DNA from: Octopus vulgaris | Taxonomy: Eukaryota | DNA length: 64,000 bases | Direction: 5' to 3' | Assembly: GCA_951406725.2 (NCBI GenBank) | Contig: OX597814.1 | Location: 72,850,001 to 72,914,000 of the forward strand | Shown here: positions 12,701 to 25,400 of the stretch, piece after piece | How positions within the stretch are numbered: position 1 is the stretch's first letter | Layout of the letters: the number at the start of each line of letters is the position of its first letter | The notes under the pieces: generated by a model | Seen by the model: the letters and a program-made list of their open reading frames with translations, nothing else | Database searches by the model: none | Told to the model about the DNA's origin: nothing | Translations under genes and position numbers: made by a program

Positions 12701-15700
12701 TTAAATGTGGAAGTTGATTAATTAGTCACACAATGAAAATTGTTTCAATGATATTAATTTACTCAATAGATGGTTTCTTACATAAACATTGTTGTAACCT
12801 TTACTTACAATTCTGTTTAATATTTTTTAAGTTAAAGACAATGTGTGTGTCTGTGAGTGTATAAATGTATTTCTCTAATTGCTTCTATTTTTCCACAGGT
12901 ATTCTGGCATCTTGATGTATTTCGACGTAGTTTTAAGAACTATAATGGACATGTGTGTATGGGAAATTCCTGCATTTTTTGTAATTTGAAGGTAATCTAT
13001 CTTTATATATTCTACATTTGGTATGCTTATTGTTCTATGCTTAAATGTCTTAGTTTTCTAGCATCAGACATAATATAATGCCTTGCAGTATTTAGTTACA
13101 GCCCTTAACTTTCTGTTGATCTTTCTGGGGGTTAATAAACTGTAGTACCAGCCATGTCAATATTTTCCCTGACATGTCTGTTAAAAAATATATAAACAAT
13201 GATAAAGTTTCTATTAAAAAATAAGTTTATCTCATTGCAGGTCATCTTCACACAACTTCGGTATAGTGACAAAAGTTCACTGCATCCAAATGCACTGAGA
13301 CGAGCATTGGCTGAGGCTTTTGTTGACCAACACCGCTTTCAGCTTGGCCATATGGATGATGCTGCAGAATGTTTTGTAAGTCTACAGAATGCTTCTTTGG
13401 TATTCTTACTGTTGATATCCAATTACAATTATATGTTTATACCAAAGAATTATACAATTAATTCCACTTGTCTTAGATACTGAGGGAAAGATATCAGTTC
13501 TTTTTCATAAAATTTGATACAGGAAACTTTTCCTATCTTGGAATATTTGCACTTAATTTGTTTAATGGAATAGAGTAGTCAGAGCCAAACACCAGCTTTA
13601 TAAACCGATGTGAATCTAAAAATGAAAGTATTTCTGTTTTATTATAAAACTAAGAAACTATTATTTTATGCTTGGCTTGTCTTGTTATTAAGGTTAATAT
13701 TTATTATTTCTGTTAATATTGTCTGTGAATTGGCAAGTGACAAAAGGTATTGGGAACTTATAGGTCATGTGCTGAAAGATTTCCTGACATTCTTCATCTT
13801 TCTGGAGAAGGCAGTAATAAACCATTGTGTCTTTCTCTTTAAGGTTGTAAATATATTTGTCTTCCATTTATTGCCATATGTAATATTTTGCTTGTTACAC
13901 AAACCCAGTCAGTTCTGAAACAGACTTGCATTATTGAAGTAGCTGTTGCAAGTTGTCAGATGACTTGATTAGGGTGAAACTGAGATTTGCTCAATATTCT
14001 AGTTGGTCTTTACTTAGCATAATGTCCCTCACTTTAATTACAGTCAAGGATTCTAAAAAAGATTTGTGTAGTTTGAGCTGGTTTAAGTAACTATACAGGA
14101 GCTCCTTCATTAAATCCACTATTGTTGAGAGATACACTGATGTTAATGTAGTTTAAATATTTGTATCATACAAACTATTTTCTCTTCAGTACATCATAAT
14201 TTTGGCAACATATTTGCATTGTATCCATTTTATACCTGTAGGAAAACATTCTCCGAAGGATCCATTTCCATATTGCTAATGGCTACAATGAAGATCAATG
14301 CACAGCAACACATTGTCTGACACATCGTAAATTTGCTCTAACTGTTTCAGATCAGGTAATACAAAACATATACATGTCCCTCGCTCTCTCTCAAACATAC
14401 ACACTTGTAAGCACACATATACACACTTGCACTTGTTTTTATCTGCTTATTGTCATTGATATATGGTACAAAATGTTTGTTTATAACTGATAAGTGTTTA
14501 TTAATATCAACATTTGTTTTGTCAGTTCTCTTTTTTCCCCTTGTCTTTCACTCATCCCTCTCTTTATCATTCATACACACATAACACTCTCAATTCAGTG
14601 ATTAAATTTGGTTAACTTTTCAGTCATTTTTTAAAAAACAAAAATAAAGAATACATATATCCAATATCTTATTCTCTTTCAGGTGCAATGTGTGTGTGGT
14701 GCTGGTTCTAAACCTTTAGTTTTCTCTGAAATAGTTCACTATGTGTCTGTTGCAGCTTTGGTGTAAGTATATTTTTCTGTTTTCTCACAGTCTGAATATA
14801 AAACCCAGTGATTTCATATCAAGGGAATAGAGGGATTTTTTTTCATATATGGAGTAAGGCAGGCACTTAGTATCTGAAATAGAAGACTCCTAGCATATTT
14901 GTTGCTAAGTAAAAGTAATGTGTTACACTTCATAGATTACTAGTGATATTAACATAACCAATTCACCTTCACTAATATTAAAACGTGGATATGGTATATC
15001 TTTTCACCTCCTTTCTAACTACACATCTTGATAAATATAATCTGCATATTTAGTTATTTTTTGTATCAACTTATTTATGGATGCATAATTTGAATTTCAG
15101 TGGAGAAGACATTTAAAGCTGTAAAAGTGCACTTTTCTAGCATCATCCACCATGGCTGAAGATGTAATGTGATATAGATTCTGAGCTGAGAAAGTAAATG
15201 TTATTGCTGGTGTTCGTGATAATCACACTTTATATATCTCATTTTCCCCCATATCAATTCAATCTTAGGTTTTGTGCTGGTTACATGTTAAGCACACTTA
15301 ATCTCCATTGACAATATAAAATTTCTGGCCAGATTTCAAGCAAACTGTGCAACTAGAAATACCAACAAATTTACTAACAAAACCAACACTGGATGCACTG
15401 GTGCTGCAAATGTAAGGAGTGGGGCAAGCAATGTAGATGTGTTACAGTTTGTCATTTAAACCAGCATGGAAAATAGTTATGGAAACAGATATTGTATTGA
15501 TTTTTTTTTGTCTTTTACAGAAACCAAGCAAATAAGATAATTGAAAGTGGATGCAAAGTTACATCAGATAAATTTGGTCTTTTACTTCGAAATGCCTGCA
15601 GTGTTGGTGATGTCCGTGATTGTCCTGTGAGTATTTTAAAATTTTGCTTTATAATTAGCATTTTTATGAAAATATGTTTAAGAGAATCATCCAACTAGCC

Positions 15701-18700
15701 AAGAGGAGAGGGCAGTGGTTCATATCTCATTACTAGTAGTGAAATGTTTTCATAACCTAAGTACTTGAAATGAGGAATTAATAGATATATGAATTAACCA
15801 ATGTGAATTGCAGCATCATTGTAGTTTAATTCCCAATAGAAAGTTACTTTTGATAATTCAGTATTATATCCAGGAAGCGGGTTATTTCTCATCTATCACC
15901 ATCATTTTAATGTCCACTTTTCCATGCTTGCATGTGTTGAATGAACTTTGTCAAGGCAGATTTTCTGTAGCCAGATACACTTCTTGTCACCAGCCTTTAC
16001 TTGTTTCCAAATAAGGTAATATTTCCCCATGGCCAGACATGTTTTAACGGAAGATTGGACATGATCAACAATGCTTGTATTACAGTTATCTCGCGATATC
16101 CTGACAAGCAGAAAATAATACACACACATACATACTCCAGCATGGCTACAGTCAAATGACTGAAACAAGTAAAAGAATATACAAACATGCATGCAGGGCT
16201 TCTTTCACTCTCCAACTACCAAATCCACTCACACGGTTGTAGTTGGCCTGGGAATATATAGTAGGGGATACTAATCCCAGTGGGATTAAACCCAGAACCA
16301 TGTGGTAAGGAAGCAAACTTCTTAACCACCTGCACTTATGTAAAACTATATTAACTTTAAATATTTCAACAATTTAGATTTCCAGTTGACTTAGAAAACT
16401 CAGAACAGTTATTACTTTCACATTGCTCATAATTTGCTTTGTTTACATATTGGTTCTACATATTTACAGAAATCATGTGGCAGAAAAGTTAATATACGAA
16501 GAACTTTACATAATCAACCTGATGTTGGTGAGTTATCAAGTTTTATATCTTATAAGCCTGTCAGATCTTTTGTTACAGACATTTTATGGAATACTAGCAG
16601 AGATACCTGGTGTTGCTTAGGATTTTAATGGTTTAGTTTGTGTGTGTATATATATATATATATATATTGTAGTTATGTTGAACAGGTGATATGGGAAAGT
16701 GCAACATTGACGACAAAACATTTGTGGAGTAAATGATGGTCTAATTCGACTAAGTGACATGTAATACGTCCGTTTAGAGGATTCTTGGCCCTAACCTGTC
16801 ATGGAATATTGGGAGTGGGGGGAGGAGAGTATGTAATTTTTGAACCCACTGAAAAGCTGTCGGTGGATATACTCACCTTTGAGGTGGTCAGTGCTGCATC
16901 TAACATGGCCCATCATATGGTTGACAGTCAAATGAATGGAGGTGCTGTACGTAAATGGGTACATTCTGGAAATGGGCTGCAATGGGAGATGGCAACAGGG
17001 AAGTGAACTGTTGAATTGTTGCAGAAGGTGAAGAGTTAACATGGGATTGCTGATGTGGTTGTAGAATAAAAAAACATAATGTGAGCCTATGCAGTCATAT
17101 GAGAACATGTAGTAATGAATTACTTGAAAAAACAAGGTATAATGGCTTACCGTGTGGTATGTATACAGTATGCCTGTATTTTTGTATGCAGAGTAAATTA
17201 ATGAAATATAAGCAAATGAATGAAAAAGAAACACATGTATGGAACTACTAATTTAACGGTAAATGCCACAATAATTATTACAAAGAGACAAAGAATTATA
17301 TAGAATAAATTTTGTTAATATAAGGGTAAATATGTAGTTGTAAATACCTTGCAACTGCTGAAATAATTATTAACTAGTAATGGAACAGTAAATGTGTATT
17401 TTTATATATACCTTGGACCCTCATTGTCTTTTTTTTTTTCAAGAGTTTCACCTCTAGCACTCACAAACATACATTCAGGCATGTCAGTCATCACATATGT
17501 ATGTGTAGATGTGTGTGTGTGTGTTTAATAATGTACGTAATGCGGAAATACAGTCACAGATACACACACTCATACACTCATATACAAAACGTTACATCGT
17601 TGTGGTATAAACTGTTCCTGACATACACTCACATTCATATGCTAAGATAGCCACACCGATGTCACTTGTTATATATGTGTGTGTTTAATAATGTACCTAA
17701 CGCAGAAAGATACACTATGAGACTTATACACTTACACAGATACACAGCCATATACAAAATGTGATGTTGTCATCGTTGTGATATAATATGTCCTGTTAAC
17801 AATAGAAAGATTATCTCTATGAATTGTTATATTGTTTTAAAGGAAATGAAAATAAAATTCTGCATTGACACTGGCCAGCCCTCACATATAGTAAAATAGA
17901 CACACACAGACATACATTCACGCATGTCAGTTGTCACATGTATGTGTAGATGTGTGTGTGTGTGTGTGTTTAATAATGTACCTAACATGGAGAGACACAC
18001 ACACTGAGACATATACATACACTTACACTCAGACAGATACAGTCATATACAAAATGTGATGTCATTGTCATATAAAATGTCCTGTTAACAATAGAAATAT
18101 CTCTATGAAATGTTATATTGTCTTAATTGAAATGAAAATAAAATTTCATATTGACACTGACCAGCGCTTGCATCCATATAATGTGTTTAATAACCTACTT
18201 AATGCAGAAAGACACACACTGTGAGACATATACACACTAATACACTTACATACATTCACAGACAGATAGTCATATATAAAATGTGACGTCGCTTTTGGTT
18301 AGAATTAAAAGTAGTATAAAAGTGAAACAATATATCGCATTACAATATAGATCTTATTCTTTCACTTTTTATACGTAATACCAAACCAGTGCCAATGTTG
18401 CATTGTTTTAATCCAAATGACAAAAAAAACAATTACATGTTGACACTCACAGGGTCTGATAGTATTACCATGTAAAATTTGATTTTATTTGATTGAGTCA
18501 TTTGGGAATGCATTGGGAATAGAGGGTCAGAGTGACAAAGGATTTGATATATATATATATGTGTATATAGATGACTAAGAGAAATCTTAGTTGATAAATA
18601 GAAAACAAAACAAAAAAAATGCCATCATTGATTAATTGCATTACCTAAGATCTGAGTTAATAGTAAAGACTGTCTATGGTGACAAAGTTGATGTCATCTT

Positions 18701-19453
18701 ACTGGCCAAACAGTCAGTGGTTTATATCCCATCACAAATATTGTACTTTGATTTTGGCCAATACACCTTAAGCTTTTGTTGCTCTAATAACCTGTATTTT
18801 GCTGACTTCCCAATATTAAACTCGAGTATCTATTAGCAGAGATGGGGACTCAAACAGTCAAACCACTTTTTCTTCTAAAGCAGAACCATTCTTTACCCTT
18901 AAATTTGATTGCAATATCTAATTTACAGATAACTAAATCATAGATGGTAGCCTGAAGGCTAAATAGAGCTGGTAACATTGAAATACTAATAAAGATTTGT
19001 TTTACTCTCTTTTCAATTTATTTTTTATTGTCTTTAATGAAGAACACTTTGAAGTGCAGCTTTGGCTACAATTTTTTTTTCTTTTTTATTGCCTAATGCT
19101 GCAAATTATTAGACGTTACTATTTAATTTATAGCTTTTGTCTTAATTCACTTGCAATTTGTGTATACGTCTCATTGGCAATCAAATGAAATATGTATACC
19201 TGTGATTGCCTATCTTCATATATCTCTGTCCCTTGTCTCTGTTTATGCATGTTGCAGCCTGTTTATCCATGTCTGGTTATTCATATCTTTCCAACTGTAG
19301 CTCTGTATCTATCAGTGACTGTCTAGCTAATCCAACCATAAATATAGTTTATAACGATCCTGCTTTGAAACTAAAAGATGTAGACAACTGATGATGAGTA
19401 ATTTGATCCATTTACCACCTTTGCATGGATAAAATTGGTTATTGATTGAAGGT

Positions 19454-19491
<38 letters not shown>

Positions 19492-22400
19492 AGTAATGAG
19501 AAATATATAAGCAGTATTGCTTATATATTGCAAGTTTTCTATAACATCTGTTGATCTTATTGTGAAACAAGAGTAATTTCTACTATGTAATTTTAATTTA
19601 TTCTCCCTTTCATTTTATCTATCTGTTTAGAATAGTCTATTTAGTATTCTCTCCAATAATTGCATTTAGGTTACTGTAATAATCCATTAGAAAACTAGAC
19701 AATCATTGAAGATTTCAACTGTATTGTTTTAAAAAAATATTTTAATAGTTACAATAAAGTATTTAACAAAGTATTTAGTGTTGGTTTTTCTATGCTTTTG
19801 TCTTTTAGTAAGTATTGGTTTGGTATGGGATACAGACCGTCCAAGTGGAGATCTTGTCTCTGATGTTTTAACCAACATCAGAACATCTATTGTGCTTGAA
19901 GATGTAAGTATAAAATTGTGATTATAACTTTGTTTCCACTCTCCATTCAAAATATTTTAAGTGTCATTATTTTCTTTTATGGCTTTCTGTGGCTTTTATT
20001 TACTTTTATTTGTAAATTTCAAGATGTCTACATTCAGTTTTCATAGCTGAAGAATACATCCCTCCACTTTCCAGTGACTAGGATTCATTTTGAAGGTAGT
20101 CTGAGGCAAATGAAATCGAAATCAAATTCGATGACTGGCATCTGTGCTTGTGGAGCGCTAAGAGCACCATTTGAGCATGATCGTTCCCAGTGGCACGTAA
20201 AAAGCACCATTCGAGTGTGATCATTACCAGTGTCGCCTTACTGGCACTTGTGCTGGTGGCACGTGAAAAAAATATTTGAGTGAGGTCGTTGCCAGTACTA
20301 CTGGACTGGCTCCTGTGCAGGTGGCACATAAAAAACACCATTTGAGCATGGCTGTTGCCAGTACCGCCTGACTGGGCCTCATGCCGGTGGCACATAAAAG
20401 CACCCACTGCACTCTGAGTGATTGGCATTAGGAAGGGCATCCAGCTGTAGAAACTCAGCCAGATCAGATTGGAGCCTGGTGAAGCCATCTGGTTCGCCAG
20501 TCCTCAGTCTAATCGTCCAACCCATGCCAGCATGGAAAGCAGACGTTAAACAATGATGATGATGAAGATTCAAATTTTGGTACAGGGCCAGCAAGTTGGG
20601 GGAAGGAGTAAGTCTGTTACATCAAACCTAGTACTCAACTGGTACTTACTTTTTCAACTCCAAAAAGTTGGACAAAATGTTGTTAAGCACTTTGCCTGGC
20701 ATGCTAGCAATTCTGCCAGCTTTCCACAACACTTTAGAAATACCCTACAATCTTAGTGTATTGCAAAAATCGGCTTTTTGAACTGCATGCATACTGTGGA
20801 AAGTAGTGTTTGTCTGAGGTCCTTGTGACTTGACAGACTGTACAAACCCTGGGAAACACAATATCTTCAATCTACATCACAATATTGAGTACTGTTGATT
20901 TCTTTAATAATAATAATAAAACCTTAGCCTGATAATTCTTACAAAAGCTGTCCAAATATAATATAACAAGAAATCTCATAAGTGGCTGAAGCTGTATATG
21001 GCTTCAAAATTGCTAAACCTCATCTTATCAATATTTGTTTGTTTCCATTGCACTTCTCCTAAATCATTGATAGAAGAGCATATTAGTCAAATTCTGCTCC
21101 CCTTAGATATTGTAGACATTTGGTAAAAAAAATATTGTTTATAGTTTTACATTCTGTATTATCTAGTTGTTCTCTTTATGCACTCCACTAACCTTTATCC
21201 TAACAGTAAGGAAATAATGTAAAACTAATGTTTTATTAGGTAAAACCTGATAGACAGTTGAACACTGAACTACATGCATTACAATATGTAGTAGTGTCCT
21301 GATAGGTTCCATTAGCAGATGCTGCAAGGACTTTTATATATCAATAAAATTTATAAATGAGTTTTATCATTCAACTATTTGACAATTTACTTTGTTCCCA
21401 AGAAAGAAATGAATATGTCTAATGGATAAAAAACACTTTTGCTTATTTCTTTAATCCTCTGTAGATGTTCCATTGTTCCAAAATCAGAGACCTGGCTCGA
21501 CTGCATTTAGTTGGTATTGTCTGTTACTATGGGAAACACTATTCTACCTTTGTCTTCCATTCAAGAGATCAGTCGTGGTATTACTTTGATGATGCCACAG
21601 TTAAGGAGGTTGGTAATCAGTCTTGTTATGTTTTTGTTTTGTTTGTTTAATTGTAGTCCTTGATTTCTATTTCAAAAGAAGTTACTTGACAGTGACTGTG
21701 ATAACAATGATGATAATGTTACCTATAATAATTATTTAGGCATCGTAGCCATTATAATCATTCATACAAATTGCTTGTCATTATAATTATAATCACTTTT
21801 ATTTCTAAGATAACCAGAAAAATAACTTTAATGCATTAAACTTTAGCTTAAAAAGAGATAAAAATAAAACTCAATAATTCTTAATTTATAGAGAATATTG
21901 TTTTCATATTCATGTTGTAATTTATTTATATATTTATTTTTACAGATGGGTCCTAGCTGGGATTCTGTTGTAGAAAAATGTTGCCGTGGTCATTATCAGC
22001 CCCTTTTATTAATCTATGCCAATCCTAGTGCTACTCCTATTAATGTTGCTGAAGCCCCTCGGAAAACTGTAATGGCTCCAGGTTACAATAACTGTAAGTA
22101 TGTTTTCTACATGCCTTTTGTTTCTACCTACAATTATTTATCTAACCTAAAATAACTTTAGCAGCTCCTGGCTACAGTGGCTACTCTAACTCTTGGCTAT
22201 AAAAATCGGGAGTGCATCAGCTCATGACAGTTGCTATATCAGTGCATCCAGTCTCATTGCCAATGTTTGGTGCTGTGTCAATTGCAACTTCAAGATATAA
22301 CACCTGTGATGGTTCAACATAATAGTTTCTTCAACTTGACTATTCAGAAGAAAATAATCTACTTTCAGGAGAAATAGTCACTGCATCTGCTTTCTCTGTT

Positions 22401-25400
22401 TCATTTATCATTCTATCTTTCTTTATATACATTTTTCTCTCTCTCTTACTCACTTCCCACTGGGAACTGAATTCAGAGAATTACTTTAGATTATAGAAAT
22501 AAAAGCATCCCATTTTTACCTATTCCTTTCAATAATACATTAAGTCTAGTGCGGAAACTGTTAACCCAGCTCTTTAATGTTTCCTTGTTTGACAATCAAA
22601 ACCATCATCTGATACCAGCCATAGTAATAACTGCTATGGTAAATTATGAATTCCTGATGGCTTATTGCTGAATAAAACAGTTACAGCTCCAAAGATGAGC
22701 TGATATGATTAAAGATGGTGGGGTCAAATTGGTAAAATATTAGAAAAATGAGATGTGATGTTGTTCATGTTTATTATTTTATTTATATTGGTATTAAACC
22801 TCCATTAATTTTCAAGGAGTAGCTATTGTCACTTGAGTCAACTCAATATATGCCCAATATTCAATTTATTGTCTCTGAATAAATGGTAGGTAAAGTCAAC
22901 CTCAGCAGCATTTCAACTGATAATGTAACAGAGATGTAGTTTAATACAGTAAAGCCTTCAGTTTAGAACACTTCTGTTACTCCACTGATTTTTGTAATTA
23001 TGAGAGCTATTATAATAATTATTTGCAAGGCCTACGGAAACCCTTCATTTAAAAATTATTATTATTTTGAGGCATACAAATGTGGTTCTTCATATCATTG
23101 CTTCATTATGTTAACGATATCAATTGTGACTTCAAGAATAACACTTGAACATATGTATGAAGGTTAGTGGGAACAACCTGAATGATATAGATTCTCAGTT
23201 ATTTTGAACTTTACATGCAAGCACAATAACCAACATAATACTTGAGATTGCTAGCATATTCAATACTGATAAAGACATTAATATGGACATTAATTTCTTT
23301 ATTTTGATAATTTCAGCTACAACTGGTGCAGGTATACTTAGAAGTCAATCAGCAGATATCCGCCGAGCAGTTACCCCTACACCAGACATGCACTGCTACA
23401 TAGATACAACTATTCAGCATAGAAGATCTATAACACCAGGTCCAGAAACCTATTATCGATTAAAGGATTTAGACAGGGATTCTGTAACATCAAGCAATGC
23501 TGAACATCAAAGACAAGCTAGTTTTCTGACAGCTGTTTCAGGATCTGATGATACAGCATCCAATCATTCAAGTGTTAAGAGTTTTCCTTTGGATTCAGTA
23601 AGTTTGATCCGTTCATTGTCTCCATCTGTGAGTAATCCATCAAAGCCAAGCAGCATCACATCAGAATCTGTTGACCAGAACCTGCTAGGAGAGTACATAT
23701 GTACCGAAGGAAGACTCCAAGCTTCATTTTATAATTCATCCAACTCAAACAGTTGTAATGGTGGAGTTTACAATGTTCAAAGAAGCAACCTGTCTGACTT
23801 TTCAGCTCAAAGACGTCCATCTCCATCATTGAGGGAGAAATCTTTTGAAAATGTCCATTCTGAAAGCTTTATAACTGAAGGAAGTACACCAAATGATTTT
23901 GGGTATAGAAAACCTATAGATAGTCATGTTCTTCACTCAGTTGATTCTAAGTATCGTGATGTTACCAATCCACCAAGAGACACTTATAAAACACAAATTA
24001 AAGCTTATGATGGTATTAAACACAGCCACTTGGTTGTCAAACCAACTGTACAAAATACAGAGCAAGACAATTATTATGAGAATATTAAATGTGTTGGTCC
24101 TTTGCATTCAGGTCTAGCAACATTGCCAAGAAATAAAGATTCAGCCAATGAAAGGAAACAGTTAAGCCAACAGGAACAGTTATCTTATTCTCGCCCATCA
24201 GTCTCTCTAAAATGTCAAACTCCAGCAAGATTTGAGAATGGACATCAATACAACAGATACCGTTCTAATCATCCCAGTTTTAATCATTCTTCAAATAGCA
24301 TTCCAAAACCAGGAAATATGATCAGAAGTATTTCTGCTCATTCACTGGCTTCTCCTAATAATGAAACTTATGTTTCTAAAGACAGAACATATAAAATTCT
24401 TTCCCAAGACCATGAAGACAACTATAGCCAGGAAAAGTACATTGATCGTAAAACTGTTGAGCATGTCATGAAGAAACTCTATCCAAAGCCACCAAAAGGT
24501 ACAATTAATGGCTTGCGCCATTCTAACAGAATCAAAGAGAACTTGAATGGCTTGGGAAATATTGCCTCGGCAACTGAACTGAGTGAAGCACTTACACTTG
24601 AAATTCCATATGATAGTGTATCATTAGAATCTCAAAGGGATTCAGGTTATGGAAGCAGTGACCGAAATAGTTCCAGTTCATCAAGTAGTATCACTATGGA
24701 TCCTTATGGCCAATATTTGCCTAGCAAGGGTATCCAGCCACTTTCTCTATCGGAAAATCAAAAGTTTTCTTCAAATGTGGAAAAGAATAGTGTTTATTCT
24801 GGACTTGTTGGAAACACAGGTAACAGAACAGGGAACAAAAACATGTACCTTGGAAGGAAAGGTAGCATTGACAGTATCTTAAACGAGCCTCTATATCCAA
24901 GTAATACATTTTCAACAGATCTGTTCTGTGAGAATGTTTCAGTGGATATTAAATCTTTACCTGATAATGCTTCACAAAATATTAAATCTTCTTTAATGCA
25001 GCAAGGGAAAAAGATACTTCCTGACAAACCATTAAGTGGACATATTGTACGAGGTAAGCAAGTGCTTTTTTTTTCTTTTCAAGTATGTTCACTTTTAAAT
25101 TGGTGATATGCAGCCAAGTTTGTTCTTTCTAGTGAGTTTGATTTCTTTATTCTTCCATGTGAGAATTTGATCCTGCTACTATAGACAAACCATTCTCTAA
25201 TTTTCTCAGTTGTTCTCAGTTTTTCTACTGAATGGTAGGAAGTGTCCAGTGCTTGACTTCAATATTTTGCTTTACCAGTGACAAGAACTTATAACTCTTC
25301 AGTTGGAATGTTTTGGACACTGAAATTCTCTTAAAAATTCTTGATATGTTTCAGGATGAAAACTTGCTTACATATGTTATTCATGTCATTGCAAAAGGTA

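Noticed and set aside
20150-20420. Regularly spaced ~20-bp repeats (tggcacgtaaaaagcacc) with ~45-bp spacers resembling a CRISPR array
   Set aside because: The repeats are degenerate, the spacers resemble each other, the block is part of a LINE/SINE 3' UTR found many times in the window, the context is eukaryotic, and there are no cas genes
23283-25106. 607-aa ORF as a stand-alone gene
   Set aside because: It is internal exon 11 of USP54. Its ends are intronic read-through beyond clear splice sites.
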